Virus record (IMG/VR): IMGVR_UViG_3300032330_001742
Span: 1-64,000 of that record
Source of the DNA: a virus
Taxonomy: Duplodnaviria; Caudoviricetes
DNA length: 64,000 nt
Strand: one strand, 5' to 3'
This document shows positions 11,001-20,975 of this stretch, piece after piece; positions within the stretch are counted from its first letter, which is position 1; each line of letters opens with the position of its first letter. The notes under the pieces were generated by a model. The model saw nothing but the letters and a program-made list of their open reading frames with translations, was not told the origin of the DNA and did no database searches. A program made the position numbers and the translations under genes.

Positions 11001-12891
11001 CGCAGGAATGTCTCTTGATGATGCATATGCAGCAGTAGCAGATGAAGCATTTGCAGCAGCAATAGCAACTGGTAACTTTACATCTGCACAAGTAAAACAA
11101 ATGATTGCAACTAGAGCACAAGCAACACTTCTTGCACAACTTCAGGAAAGACTAAAGGCTGTTCGAAATTACTTTAATGATTTAACAAGTGGTTTACAAG
11201 ATCAAAAGACATTTTCTAATCTTGCTGGATACCTAAAGGAAAGCGGAATGGATGCGTCCATGATTGCTCAAATCCTTTCAGACCCAACACTTGCTAAGGG
11301 AATGGCTGATCAGTTAGCAGCAGGTTCACTAAGTGCAGAAAAAATTAAAGATTCAGTTGAAAAAATAAAGGCAACAGCACAAGAAAAAATTGTAACAGAT
11401 CTTAAAGCAGGAAACTATGCAGCAGCATTTCAGCCAGGTTATGACGCAGCACAAAAGATGTTTGACCTTCAGCAAAGAACTCTTGAACAAGCATATCGTC
11501 CAATAATTAAGGCTGATGAAGATAGAATTAAATCAGCACAGCAACTTGTTAAATTAAAACAAGGAGAACTTGATGCACAACAAAAACTTGTAGATGTTGC
11601 ACAAGCAGAAGTTGATGCAGCAAATAAACTTATAGATGCTGAAAATGAAAAGAATGACAAGTTAGCACATGATATTAAATTAATTGATCATGCTGCTGAA
11701 GCAATTAATGCTAGATATGATGCTCAAAAGAAAGCGCTTGAAGAAATTGCATCAGTTAATGATTATATTATTGCTCAACAAGGTAAGCAACTTGGATTAG
11801 CAGATGCACTTACACAGGGTGATATAGGAGCAGCAGCAAAAGCAGTTCAAGATATGAGGGCAGCATCTGCAAGCAACTCAATATCTTCACAACAAAAGGC
11901 TTTAGATAATGCACAACAAAATGAAATTGGAAATCTTAAAAATGATAAAGGACAAACAAAGGCTCAAATAGAAGCAGAGCAATATGCTATTTCTGAAAAG
12001 ATTTATGGAATTCAACAGGGGCAACTAAAAACTGCTCAGCAACATCTAGATGCTGCTAATGCAGTTATGGATACACTAAATCTTCAAATGAAGGCTTTAG
12101 AGTACAACGTAACCAAGGCACAAGAACAACTTGATGCAGATCAGGCAGACCTTGCTGCAAAGATTGAAGCACTAACAGTTATGGGTCAAACTAAAACTCA
12201 ATGGGAAGACATGAAACTTGCTGTTGAAAAAGCACAGATGGCACAAGATGAATTGGCTGCTACACAATTGGCTGGAGCATTGGCTACAGCAAAAATTGTA
12301 GATAGTGTTTGGGCTGGTATTAAATCAAACTATGACTCTTATAAAGATAAGACTGTAACAATCACAACAATAATGCAAACAATTATATCTGGCGCAACCG
12401 CACCTACAGCATCAGGAACTATGACAACTGAGCAACAAAATGTTGCAACACAGGGAATTAGCGCAATTCAAACACTAGTTAAAAGTGGTCAAATTGATGC
12501 AGCAGAAGCAGCAACCACACAGTTAATGGCTGCAGTTAAGCCACCTACAGCAAAAGATATTGTTGCAATTAGAAAAGCAGCATTGGGTTATTTAAGTTCT
12601 GGAGGACTTGTTCCAAAATATTTTGCTGCAGGAGGATACGCTAAGGGTATTGATACAGTTCCAGCAATGCTTGCTCCAGGAGAATTTGTAATGAGTAAGT
12701 ATGCTGTTGATCAACATGGTGTTGGAACTCTTAGCGCAATGAATGATGGAAAAGAAGTTGGCAATTCAGTGTATACTTATAACCTAAGTGTTAATGTTAA
12801 ATCTGATGCAAATCCAAATGAGATTGCTCAAGTGGTTATGACACAAATTAAACAGATTGATGCTCAAAAAATTAGAGGGGTGCGTAAATAA
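5041..12891 (+). CDS. Tape measure protein (TP901-like core), 2616 aa
   Basis: Very long Ala-rich helical protein with hydrophobic segments and DSIPAMLSNGE / DTVPAMLAPGE motifs. Confidence 0.92.
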   Translation: MADVQSNIVVNIDTTAALAELKALQRQISAFHTSMAKTGAAGTAVSANMQQNLLNSINGSGKFYAEMTRIKTTTEAFNTALAKNQFSMKEYFRYAGAATTTFGKLFKQEHETINKVARENVKTLQTQYIKMGRDANGALRGISVRPLALDMNNLQTQTAMAAQKQALLNQLLRQGSTNLLNFGKNTQWAGRQLMVGFTVPLMYFGAMAGKTFMQLEEQAIRFKRVYGDMFTTSSDATKALKDVQLLANEFTKYGVAVADTMKMAADVAATGKTGADLLAQVSNANRLAVLGGIDQQKSLDTIISLTSTFGIAAGDLAGNIDFLNAVENQTILNIDDLTTAIPKAAPVVKQLGGNVQDLAFFMTAMREGGIDAAQGANAIKSALASMINPTKAAKDMLAGFGIDVVGLVNADKGNVKKMVLDLANALNTLDPLNRAQAIEKMFGKFQFARVSTLFQNVIQEGSQAQTVLGLTKATTEELAILSERELNKISESPMYKFKKEVQDLKVAIAPIGGEFIKALTPVLKFFGGIFDKFNNLGDGTKKFIVLLTTLLAGIGPLVLMSFGLLANGIANIIKMFVGIKSLFNGVGKSSAGLGEQTNFLTQQQMENAASAASLDQAHQRLQQRFTAEAEAVALLTAAYQESVVAQRAFGMAPLPTGMAKRPPMRMATGGIIAGPGTGKSDSIPAMLSNGEAVVPAENVKKYPALTAGLVAGNIPGFAEGYSPGGTPQYRPSMGNNFVMQSVIAQNQARAAALEAQAASTIVRAAKTEFAHIGSRTAIPAGQLAAQLNQMEGAVTARALRMINALAVKFGDALSVNVYGKLGMATGQTSTGKSINGLLGKPGGVAKSEFLTDFDKQGVNRWKTSVKAAGLKMENVTADLTVLDAGIKEYLTVVNKDVAITDATVKEAYDYSVKKMAADNKVVTAFNQLAVTAGEARVNISQSLAAKFGLQSLATTGSKPAFAVGNEKVRSGGDRLPFMKSAGFNIVEVAKNAVVTGAKEALKIASPSKEMRVVGEQAGTGLILGAKETTANAANVGKEIGMAMSSSAMPTGSQARNRVALYGSGPVDADAKSIRRQLETVAKRQLAESKKQLALDEKISQSKQQLYGTTGQITQDMRTQRRLAESQAKALRVASAQRIGAEEEYAASTRKNRFQEWIASKRKVQATEASTGTMTGKIGGGLMAASMVAMMGSMMGGKIGEISQKLMMPLMAMSMIVPMLGSKFGMLGVGVAALTAAVVANRMAFDHAQDTTMQFAEAVGSGAAAMDLLSKAAGKVSATDIMDRRRSNQFAPLQVAIGKSTFGETFVQSDRGKALMKSIGQDIKTKGSAGAKGDLTSQLATAVTSKSMTLAQARSAAADMGKQLGDMSIGIDVNANLVKMFGPNGENLEKQPYQLRADLITNSIKNVNQASSNSKNALSVGNKTADFGRNVVGTVGGEVLGMGAGAAVSAAAAAAAGAAAGSAIPVLGTVIGGLIGAGVGFFISERAKSKRIGMASGANVSADKTAMEQSVQMLDSLDLEYQSRIDSAHAAGDLTKELELQQEYERNKTLLLEKQGTLGRTILSNFKSQSGEMQGAMLTGAYKAVTSKYKGTAQEDTAALAADKLKGSGFSKEKQYVISMKLASGEFSPQTINNLFEKFGNDSATFNSVLQLSYKFGGKFADQAMSLTSMMTKGEAAKLIVDLQAKNPKEAEKYLNFMGGISGYGVINEVKVAFDFLQKNPKEAQRLMDFQDQVTKVKGKMDLKIAGSIQGMTPEEMDLLKKNADYFAGLPAEQQKTFLTVLSTQMTFHGDPAYIKLYKNWLSEGNTGTIADFDIWNAKHVTDASKGITTTALDSQNTGPTQGPTASPLDDLIKKIRDLRKDQQALTVGWDASMKAMNALFTNAKGKVQNLVPKKGQSPFNGLSNQLRSKGMSEGAIDFLTGLSPEDYKKVGPKFIAIDKKTGEVRLKNAQQLNALINNIAVGEFQNASEKMIKNLTNQDVALKKLMGAGMSLDDAYAAVADEAFAAAIATGNFTSAQVKQMIATRAQATLLAQLQERLKAVRNYFNDLTSGLQDQKTFSNLAGYLKESGMDASMIAQILSDPTLAKGMADQLAAGSLSAEKIKDSVEKIKATAQEKIVTDLKAGNYAAAFQPGYDAAQKMFDLQQRTLEQAYRPIIKADEDRIKSAQQLVKLKQGELDAQQKLVDVAQAEVDAANKLIDAENEKNDKLAHDIKLIDHAAEAINARYDAQKKALEEIASVNDYIIAQQGKQLGLADALTQGDIGAAAKAVQDMRAASASNSISSQQKALDNAQQNEIGNLKNDKGQTKAQIEAEQYAISEKIYGIQQGQLKTAQQHLDAANAVMDTLNLQMKALEYNVTKAQEQLDADQADLAAKIEALTVMGQTKTQWEDMKLAVEKAQMAQDELAATQLAGALATAKIVDSVWAGIKSNYDSYKDKTVTITTIMQTIISGATAPTASGTMTTEQQNVATQGISAIQTLVKSGQIDAAEAATTQLMAAVKPPTAKDIVAIRKAALGYLSSGGLVPKYFAAGGYAKGIDTVPAMLAPGEFVMSKYAVDQHGVGTLSAMNDGKEVGNSVYTYNLSVNVKSDANPNEIAQVVMTQIKQIDAQKIRGVRK

Positions 12892-13517
12892 TGTCGTCCG
12901 CAAACTATATGACTGGAAGAAAAAAATATTCTAGACCGCAAGGCATGCTTTGGTCAGAGAACCCTGGAACCCTAGTAGATGGTCTATATGTACCAACTGG
13001 CTATGAAATAGGCTCTAATACGGGCTCAGAGACGGATACGAGCCTTTATAATCAGTTCCTTATATTATCAGATGACGGTAGATCACCAATGTCATTTACT
13101 CAAAATAGAATTGAAAAAAGAGAAAGAATGATTAATGGAAGAATGAGATCTTACCATATTGCTGATAAATTAAACTTATCTACAAGTTGGACAATGTTAC
13201 CATCAAGATCATATCAGTCAAGCCCTGACTTTAATCCATCAACTGGAAAATCTATAAAAACTGGATACACAACTGACGGTGGAGCAGGAGGGGTTGAGTT
13301 ACTTGATTGGTATGAAAATCACCAGGGATCTTTTTGGGTTTATCTATCCTATGATAAATATTCTACTTTTGGCAAAGACGATTCAGCCTACGATCATTTA
13401 AATCAATATAGCGAACTAGTAGAAATGTTTTTTTCAGACTTCTCGTACTCAGTTGAAAAACGTGGCGGAACTAATCATGATCTTTGGAATATCTCAGTGA
13501 CATTGGAAGAGGCATAA
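12891..13517 (+). CDS. Putative distal tail protein
   Basis: First gene after the tape measure; size fits. Confidence 0.55.
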   Translation: MSSANYMTGRKKYSRPQGMLWSENPGTLVDGLYVPTGYEIGSNTGSETDTSLYNQFLILSDDGRSPMSFTQNRIEKRERMINGRMRSYHIADKLNLSTSWTMLPSRSYQSSPDFNPSTGKSIKTGYTTDGGAGGVELLDWYENHQGSFWVYLSYDKYSTFGKDDSAYDHLNQYSELVEMFFSDFSYSVEKRGGTNHDLWNISVTLEEA

Positions 13518-16500
13518 TGTTTGCAAACGAGGAACTTAATTCTTTTCTAGAATCTTCTTCTGTAGTAAAAACACAGTCTGCTGTTATTGCAGAGTGGAAC
13601 ATGAATATTGCATCAAACATTAAGCAGATAGGAAATTATAGATATCGTCCACAAGATGCTATCGGAAGTAAATACAAAAATATAGTTTCAACCTTTGATC
13701 AAAATGATACAGGTAATTTTTATACTAATGCAACAGATGCAGATATTATTGTAGATGGTGGATTTACTGACTCAGATTTACCAATGTCTTTTGTTGCAAA
13801 AAAAGATAAGACAAAAATGTTTTATTCGCTAGAAGATTGTTTTCAAAAATTTAGACCAAGGTCTGGAATTAACAAGGCTACTTTCTTAAATTCTAAATAT
13901 TTACACAATACTAGTATTAATATGGCAAAACGTCCAAGATATTATATGTCTGATAAAAAAGATATTTTTAAATATTGGTCATCATACAGAACTGAAGATA
14001 ATATTGAGCGAGGAATTGCAAACAAGTTTGTTAATGGCAAACATTATATTGATGATGCATCCCCTTACGTGGTATATAATAATCCTGTTCCATCTAATAG
14101 AATTGTCATTAAGATGCAAACAAATGTAGGAACAGTAGACCTCGGCCCATTTACAAATAATTCTGGCTCCATCTCTGATCCGTTGTATGGGTACAATAAT
14201 CAAACAACACCTTCTTCTTGGAAAGTTCAATTTTTAAAAGATAACAAATGGATAGATGTTATATCTTTTAATGAAAACTCTAAAAGAGAAGACGGAACTG
14301 AAATTATTAAATCAGATGGCTATGTTGAGTTAGCCTATGGACTCGTTATACCTAAAGAATACAAAGACATTTTTATTAAAGCAGAAGAGTTGTCAAGTAC
14401 AAGTTTGTTACCAGAACAGTCTAGAGTTGGATATGCCTATTTAGTTAAATCAAATGCAAATGATCTTGGTGTTTTTCATATATGGACAGAAGGTGGGTAT
14501 GAAACTTTTTCTCCTACATATGGATGGTACCTTCAAGAAGAGACAGTAGATAGACTAACTAATTTTGTAACTGACTTTACATCCCCATCAAAATATGTAA
14601 ACTCTACAACATCTTTTGAAGAGTACAGGGAGTTTTCTTATATTTCTGGAATTAGAGTTGTAGTAGATACAATGAATAAAGCAGACTCTACATTTGATCT
14701 CATAGAGTTATCTCCAAGGCTAGTGGCAGATCTTTCTACAAAAGTTATGGATTTTAATGTAAAAAAGATTGCTGGAGATTTAGGGTCCGATGGTCTTCCA
14801 GTAGGACAACTTTTAGCGTCAACAGGAACTTTAAAATTGTTTGATTATGATCAATCTTTTAATGAAAATAATACGGAAAGCATTATTTTAAATTATATAA
14901 GTAATAATATTCAAATTAAATTTTATGAAATAATTATAGATGTAAATGGATATGATTATTTTATTCCAATTAAAACTATGTACTCTGAAGGATTTCCAAA
15001 AAACAATAACTCTGACAGAACAATAGAGTTAACTTTACGAGATCTTTTCTTTTACTTGGAATCTATAACAGCCCCAGAAATTCTAACAACAAGTACTTCT
15101 TTGAGTTATGCGGTTTCTTTGCTTTTGGATTATATTGGATTTTCAAATTATGTATTTAATCGCAATGCAAATGAAAAAGAATTGGTAATCCCATATTTTT
15201 ATGTTTCGCCAGATAAAAATATTGCAGAAGTTTTAAATGATCTTGCTATTTCAACACAGACCTCAATGTTTTTTGATGAGTATAATGATTTAATTTTAAT
15301 GAGCAAAAACTATATGATGCCATCAGAATCAGAAAGACAAACAGATATCACACTTTATGGTTCAGATAGAGGAAATAATAAGTTAGCAAATATAGTTGAT
15401 ATTTCATCACAGGATAAGGTTATTTTTAATGATGGAAAAATAACTTATAATACTAGATATATTCAAAAAACATATGGGTCTTTAAAACAGGCTAGCCTTA
15501 TTGATGCGGATAAAACTTGGATATATAAACCAGTTTTGTTATGGGAAGTCACAGGGTCTGGCAATACTAAATCAATCAATGATGATGTGTCATCTTCTTC
15601 TGGTTACGTGCTTGGAGCAATTCCACTAAACTCCACTTTATCTGCAGATATTCCTACAGTTAAAAATAATGTGGTAATTAATAATACAATGGACTTAGGT
15701 GAGGGAGTTTACTGGCTTACACGTAATTCTGGATATTTTTATGCTAATGCAGAAGTAATCAAATACGATGCAGTTCAGTATAACGTTAGTGGTGTTGGCA
15801 ATGTTTGGATTTCAAATGTTCAGGAATACCAAGATTATTTTTCAAAAATTAGTTTTAATGGAAAAATTTATCCTACAGGATTAATAAGAATTTATTCAGA
15901 ACCTAATTATGAAACAGTAAATAATATATTTAAGTTTAAAAATGGTGCAGTAGCAAAACATGGAAGAGGGCAGTTTGGAACAAATATTGTAGAACACAAT
16001 GCTGGCCTAAACTCTTATTGGTCATCTAATGCTTCGGTGCGAGGATGCAGCATGCTTTCTGATTATTTGTTTACAATAGATGGGCAATCATCCTCTAGTT
16101 TTTCTTATTCTGTTGCAGCAGCGGGAGTCAACAATACATTAGCCCAGCAGTCTACAAGAAACGGTATTATAAAAAACTTTTTATCAAATACTTATAATAC
16201 AGAAACTAATATAAATAAGATGAAGTCTACACAGACTGGTACTATTCAGTCTTCAGCATTAGTTTTAACTGGTCCAGATTTTTCTACAACCGATAGACCA
16301 ATTGACTTTATTTCTTATGTTTATAAACCACTAACAAATAAATTTAAACATTTTGGAACTAGAATGCGTATTGTTGGAAAAATTGAAAATAGTGAAGTAA
16401 GGGGTCAAACACCTATTGGAAGTAATACGTATTATGTTGTTACTGGATCAACGCCAGATCAAAATATTAATGTCAGTGGTGGATCTGGTGGTCTTGGAGT

Positions 16501-17782
16501 AATGCTTAATCCAGAAACTAATAACGGATACTATTTTGAAATTATTGCTCTTACTGCAAACAATATTAATAACTATACAAATGCATACGATACATTGCAT
16601 AACATTATTTTTTATAAAATTGCAAAGGACGCAAATTCAACAAAAGCAATTCCCATTAAACTTTGGGGCGGATTGTCAAGCATCATTGTTGATGATGGAA
16701 AGTTTACTGGACAGTATAGAATGGTTGGAGAGCAGAATCCAACCGTTTACGATCTTGCAGTTGAATATCAAGATATTGGAAATACCAGAAAATTCTTTTT
16801 ATATATAAATAATAAATTAGTTGCCACTGTCAATGATGATAATCCGTTGCCAATTTATAATAATATGGCTGTTTTTACTAGAGGATCTTCAAAATGTATG
16901 TTTGAAAATGTGTATGCATTAACAAATAATTATAGCCAAAATACTGTTTTTGCTTTAGATACTCCATCCCTTTCAGCCATAGATGATTCAGAAATTAATG
17001 CAAACGAGTCATTTTCTAAATATGCTATGAGCGGAATAGTTCAGTCAACATTTTTATCTGGAATAAGTCCAAGCGAACCACCAAAATATAATATGTATTT
17101 TGATGAATTTGGAACCATAATGAGAGAAGCATCTTATTTTAATATAAGATATGATAAAGCCTATCCAGCACTATATGCTAAATTATCACCTACGTTTAAT
17201 AGAATAAAAGGTTATACTGTTTCTGGATTTAGGGCGGGATCTTATGGAGCAGAGTTCTTAATTTTTAATGCTACAGATACAGCGCTCAGCCTAGATGAAA
17301 CAACTGGTAACTATTTAAGAATTCAGGGTATAACATTTACTCAGCAATCACAACATGTTTTAAGTGTAGATGACTACTATAATAAACATGGAGATTTTTC
17401 TAATACATCTTATACTGATGTTGCAATAGAAAAATCACCACTTAAATTTTCAAATGACTATGAGGATATTAAAACTAGTAGACTTACATATGGTAAAAAA
17501 GATTTTTCTTTAGATACCCCATACATTCAGACGCTAGAAGATGCAGAAAACCTTATGTCCTGGATTATTTCAAAAACATCAAAACCAAGAAAGTCAGTTG
17601 GTCTAACAATATTTAATATGCCAACGTTGCAACTTGGTGACATAGTTAATATTCATTACAAAGATTCAGATGGATTAGATCAACTAGTACCTGATACATC
17701 AAGGTTTATTGTTTATAGTATAGATCATTCACAGGGGTCTTCTGGTCCATCTATGGATGTTTATTTAAGTGAGGTAGTGTAA
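13517..17782 (+). CDS. Large minor tail / tail tip protein
   Basis: ATG overlaps previous TAA; ~1420 aa, beta-rich; C-terminal PTLQLGDIV hub-like motif. Confidence 0.65.
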   Translation: MFANEELNSFLESSSVVKTQSAVIAEWNMNIASNIKQIGNYRYRPQDAIGSKYKNIVSTFDQNDTGNFYTNATDADIIVDGGFTDSDLPMSFVAKKDKTKMFYSLEDCFQKFRPRSGINKATFLNSKYLHNTSINMAKRPRYYMSDKKDIFKYWSSYRTEDNIERGIANKFVNGKHYIDDASPYVVYNNPVPSNRIVIKMQTNVGTVDLGPFTNNSGSISDPLYGYNNQTTPSSWKVQFLKDNKWIDVISFNENSKREDGTEIIKSDGYVELAYGLVIPKEYKDIFIKAEELSSTSLLPEQSRVGYAYLVKSNANDLGVFHIWTEGGYETFSPTYGWYLQEETVDRLTNFVTDFTSPSKYVNSTTSFEEYREFSYISGIRVVVDTMNKADSTFDLIELSPRLVADLSTKVMDFNVKKIAGDLGSDGLPVGQLLASTGTLKLFDYDQSFNENNTESIILNYISNNIQIKFYEIIIDVNGYDYFIPIKTMYSEGFPKNNNSDRTIELTLRDLFFYLESITAPEILTTSTSLSYAVSLLLDYIGFSNYVFNRNANEKELVIPYFYVSPDKNIAEVLNDLAISTQTSMFFDEYNDLILMSKNYMMPSESERQTDITLYGSDRGNNKLANIVDISSQDKVIFNDGKITYNTRYIQKTYGSLKQASLIDADKTWIYKPVLLWEVTGSGNTKSINDDVSSSSGYVLGAIPLNSTLSADIPTVKNNVVINNTMDLGEGVYWLTRNSGYFYANAEVIKYDAVQYNVSGVGNVWISNVQEYQDYFSKISFNGKIYPTGLIRIYSEPNYETVNNIFKFKNGAVAKHGRGQFGTNIVEHNAGLNSYWSSNASVRGCSMLSDYLFTIDGQSSSSFSYSVAAAGVNNTLAQQSTRNGIIKNFLSNTYNTETNINKMKSTQTGTIQSSALVLTGPDFSTTDRPIDFISYVYKPLTNKFKHFGTRMRIVGKIENSEVRGQTPIGSNTYYVVTGSTPDQNINVSGGSGGLGVMLNPETNNGYYFEIIALTANNINNYTNAYDTLHNIIFYKIAKDANSTKAIPIKLWGGLSSIIVDDGKFTGQYRMVGEQNPTVYDLAVEYQDIGNTRKFFLYINNKLVATVNDDNPLPIYNNMAVFTRGSSKCMFENVYALTNNYSQNTVFALDTPSLSAIDDSEINANESFSKYAMSGIVQSTFLSGISPSEPPKYNMYFDEFGTIMREASYFNIRYDKAYPALYAKLSPTFNRIKGYTVSGFRAGSYGAEFLIFNATDTALSLDETTGNYLRIQGITFTQQSQHVLSVDDYYNKHGDFSNTSYTDVAIEKSPLKFSNDYEDIKTSRLTYGKKDFSLDTPYIQTLEDAENLMSWIISKTSKPRKSVGLTIFNMPTLQLGDIVNIHYKDSDGLDQLVPDTSRFIVYSIDHSQGSSGPSMDVYLSEVV

Positions 17783-18273
17783 TGGTAGAGTCAGTTCCAA
17801 ATGTTCCAATTGTAACTCAGTCAACATCTTTTTCTGGAGTTAAGATTCCAACAAAAGATATAATTCTTTTTGCAGATGAAACAACACCTATTGAGGTAAT
17901 GACTGATTTAATATTTGAAAATATTGGTGGTCAAGAATTAATTAATATTGCAAGAAATGATATCATTAATGGTCAAAATGTTATATATCAGCCTATTAAA
18001 AATTTAACAAGTTTATACTTTCAGTACAATCCTCAAAACATTTTATCTTTACAAAATACATCAGAAGAGTTTTTTAAGAAATTTTCTATTAAACTAGAAA
18101 ATACAACTCCAAATGTTGGAACTGGGCCAAATGGAGAAACAGTATATATTGATCAGTCTACTGGAAACCTTGTAATTAATTTAATAAATGTATCTAAGGA
18201 TGAGCAAGTAGAGATTCAAATTTTAGAGAATGGAACGGTTTTTAATGATACAATATATGGGGTGGAACAATAA
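17782..18273 (+). CDS. Putative minor tail protein
   Basis: Translationally coupled in tail operon. Confidence 0.45.
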   Translation: MVESVPNVPIVTQSTSFSGVKIPTKDIILFADETTPIEVMTDLIFENIGGQELINIARNDIINGQNVIYQPIKNLTSLYFQYNPQNILSLQNTSEEFFKKFSIKLENTTPNVGTGPNGETVYIDQSTGNLVINLINVSKDEQVEIQILENGTVFNDTIYGVEQ

Positions 18274-19392
18274 ATGATAACTAATATAGGTAAAAATATA
18301 CTTGCCAAGTACTTAATTGGCCAAGCGCCAGCATATGCATCATACATTGCAGTTGGCTGTGGAGCCAATCCAGTTAACACAGATGCAGCCCTTGGGGATT
18401 ATTCCTCTAAAAAATCTTTGGACTTTGAGATGTTTAGGGTTCCGATTACATCCAGAGGATATGTTACAGAAGACGGTGTATCAAAAATTGTTCTTACAGC
18501 AGAACTTCCAACAGAAGAGCGATATGAGATCTCTGAAGTAGGAGTGTACTCTGCTGGAGCAAATACATTGGCTGGTGCTTATGATAGCAAGACTTTGTAT
18601 GCTTTTACAAAAGATGAAAACTGGGAATATCATAACCAGGGAAGTTCTGGCGCAATTAATGTTATCTATACTCCTTTAGATGGAAGTGATAATAATAATA
18701 TCATCAATCAAACATCTAAGGTGTTTCAAACAAACGCTGATAATAGAATCTTTACAAACAGTCAAAGAGTCAATAGATATGAACCCTGCAGATTTTTTAA
18801 TAATACAATTATGATGGCTGGAGATTCTTCTAATTTGACAGTCTCAGATAATCATTTAGTTGTTAATGCAAACTCAAACCATATTCACTTACAGGGTGTT
18901 TCTGTTGATTTTAATAAAAACTCACCAACAGATGTTTTAAAGTTGGCTTTTTCTGTTGCAAATAAAGATGGCCTATCTACAAATATTCCAGACTCAGTAA
19001 GAGTACTTCTTGAGTTTTCTTCAACAGATACTCATGGAGTTGGAGAATGGGTTAGATTTGAAGTAATATTGAATAAAGAAGATTATGATTTTGCAACTAA
19101 CAGATATTTTGTAGTAACAAAAGAACTTCAGGATTTGTATAAGAGCACTGGATTTTCTTGGACCTCTACTAGTACCGTGTCAATCTATAGTTCTGTTATT
19201 GATAATGGATCACCAAGTGCAGACTTTTATGTTTGCCTTGACGCAGTTAGATTTGAAAATACGAGTACATCAAATCCTCTTTACGGTTTAACAGGATACT
19301 CAATCATTAAAAATATAGATGCAAAAACTATTGTAAAGGTAGCAAATACAACAAATTATTTAGAGTTTAGATTTGCAATGGATGTACAATAA
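18274..19392 (+). CDS. Putative minor tail/baseplate protein
   Basis: MITNIGK..YIAVGCG..EISEVGVYS tail-collar-like N-terminus. Confidence 0.55.
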   Translation: MITNIGKNILAKYLIGQAPAYASYIAVGCGANPVNTDAALGDYSSKKSLDFEMFRVPITSRGYVTEDGVSKIVLTAELPTEERYEISEVGVYSAGANTLAGAYDSKTLYAFTKDENWEYHNQGSSGAINVIYTPLDGSDNNNIINQTSKVFQTNADNRIFTNSQRVNRYEPCRFFNNTIMMAGDSSNLTVSDNHLVVNANSNHIHLQGVSVDFNKNSPTDVLKLAFSVANKDGLSTNIPDSVRVLLEFSSTDTHGVGEWVRFEVILNKEDYDFATNRYFVVTKELQDLYKSTGFSWTSTSTVSIYSSVIDNGSPSADFYVCLDAVRFENTSTSNPLYGLTGYSIIKNIDAKTIVKVANTTNYLEFRFAMDVQ

Positions 19393-19823
19393 TGTCAGAT
19401 GCTGGAATTCAAAATGTTATAATTTTAAAAAAAGATTTGCCTGCAATTTATGGAAAAACAAAACAGTATCTAATAAGGTATAGAGTTGTTTCAGATGATA
19501 GAAATAGAGTTTCTTCATGGTCTCCACAATATAAGATTGATGCACAAGCAGTTAACACAGAAACATATTCATTTTCTTCTAATCAGCAAGCAAATACAAT
19601 TAATTTAGTTTGGGCTCCTGTAGAAAATATTTCAGAGTACTACATTTATGTTAAATGGAACAATGAAAGTTGGCAGTATTTATCCTCAACAATAAGCACC
19701 TCATATTCTTGTTTAATTAAATCAGGTGCTACATCAGTTAAATTTGCTGTTCAGGTACCAACTTTTCCAAAAGAAAGATTTTCAGACCTTACTATTTTTG
19801 AGACCAGTTCTCAGACTCTTTGA
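19392..19823 (+). CDS. Putative minor tail protein (Fn3-like)
   Basis: Beta-rich with LVW..YYIY pattern; coupled to previous gene. Confidence 0.4.
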   Translation: MSDAGIQNVIILKKDLPAIYGKTKQYLIRYRVVSDDRNRVSSWSPQYKIDAQAVNTETYSFSSNQQANTINLVWAPVENISEYYIYVKWNNESWQYLSSTISTSYSCLIKSGATSVKFAVQVPTFPKERFSDLTIFETSSQTL

Positions 19824-19838
19824 TGGTATAATATAATT

Positions 19839-20282
19839 ATGGCAAAAGTACCTCTACCAGAACGTGGGCAACCATTAGATGTTTCATATATTTATACACT
19901 TGCAAATGCACTAAATGATCTGTCTACACAAGTTTCACCAGCAACCTATAAATATGTTACTGTTGATACTGCGGGAGTAGGAAAGCAAAGCGTAAAGGCT
20001 TCTGAAGCACGTATTATTGGTGGATACGTTGATGTTGTCTCTAGTTCAACTAAAAGTGCTGGAAATGAAGTTGCATTTAGTTATGATTTTCCAACAGATT
20101 TCAAGTATGCCCCTATTGCAACAGCCACACCAATTAATACAGGTGGAACAGATGCAGGTAAAAATGTTTCAGTAGTTCTAAAAACAATTACAACATCAAA
20201 GGTAGAAGGAATAGTAAGATTTAATTCAACTGGTGACTTATCAGTTGCAGTAAATATTATTGTTATTGGTATACCAAATTAA
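19839..20282 (+). CDS. Putative minor tail/fibre protein
   Basis: F..DFKYAP..ATP pattern like gp53/H-lectin tail domains; leaderless promoter 19824-19832. Confidence 0.45.
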   Translation: MAKVPLPERGQPLDVSYIYTLANALNDLSTQVSPATYKYVTVDTAGVGKQSVKASEARIIGGYVDVVSSSTKSAGNEVAFSYDFPTDFKYAPIATATPINTGGTDAGKNVSVVLKTITTSKVEGIVRFNSTGDLSVAVNIIVIGIPN

Positions 20283-20473
20283 TGCTGATTTGTTATAAAT
20301 GCAAAAGAAACATGTTTGTTGATAGGCAGTACACAGGAATTGGACACCTAGAAACATATTGTTTGTACTGTGGGGCTAGAAAGTTTTTTCATCCACCAGA
20401 GGATTCAGAAGAGGGAAGATGGCTACTAAAAAAGGAACAACTGAGAGCGAAGGCTACAATCTCAAGCCTATAA
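20282..20473 (+). CDS. Small Zn-ribbon protein
   Basis: CYKC...CLYC. Confidence 0.6.
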   Translation: MLICYKCKRNMFVDRQYTGIGHLETYCLYCGARKFFHPPEDSEEGRWLLKKEQLRAKATISSL

Positions 20474-20961
20474 TCCCTGGAAATAAAAAAGTATGGTTTT
20501 TGAATAATGATTTAGTAAGAATTCATCATTTTAATAAATCAAATGGGATTATGTCGGTTTATAATATAACCAAAGATAGACTTGAAAGTTGTTTGATAAA
20601 TGATTTTAAAAATAAAAGAGAACGTGCATACACAGTTAGAGAGACTGCTGAATTAGTTAATCGTCATAAAAAATACATGCCATCTTTAATGAAGCGTGGA
20701 GTTATACCTTTTCCTACAGGATCACAAAAAGGAGGGGCTAGAGGATTTCAAGTGAGATCATACTATTCAGAATCACAAGTAAGAGAGATACGTGATATAC
20801 TGGCTACGCACCACATTGGAAGACCAAGAAAAGATAATTTAATTACAAATGATATTACGCCTACAAAGCAAGAGTTGACACGCAGAATGGGCGATGGTAT
20901 ACTTACATATACGAAGACAGAAGATGGACGATTTGTTCCAATTTGGAATGAGTCTATTTAG
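20419..20961 (+). CDS. MerR-like HTH DNA-binding protein
   Basis: AYTVRETAELVNRH...RSYYSESQV winged-HTH pattern. Confidence 0.6.
   Translation: MATKKGTTESEGYNLKPIIPGNKKVWFLNNDLVRIHHFNKSNGIMSVYNITKDRLESCLINDFKNKRERAYTVRETAELVNRHKKYMPSLMKRGVIPFPTGSQKGGARGFQVRSYYSESQVREIRDILATHHIGRPRKDNLITNDITPTKQELTRRMGDGILTYTKTEDGRFVPIWNESI
20875..20903 (+). promoter_or_regulatory. Sigma70/SigA-type promoter inside a CDS, upstream of the replication operon
   Basis: TTGACA-17 nt-TATACT with extended TG. Confidence 0.7.
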
Positions 20962-20975
20962 CAAAGGGGTATGAA

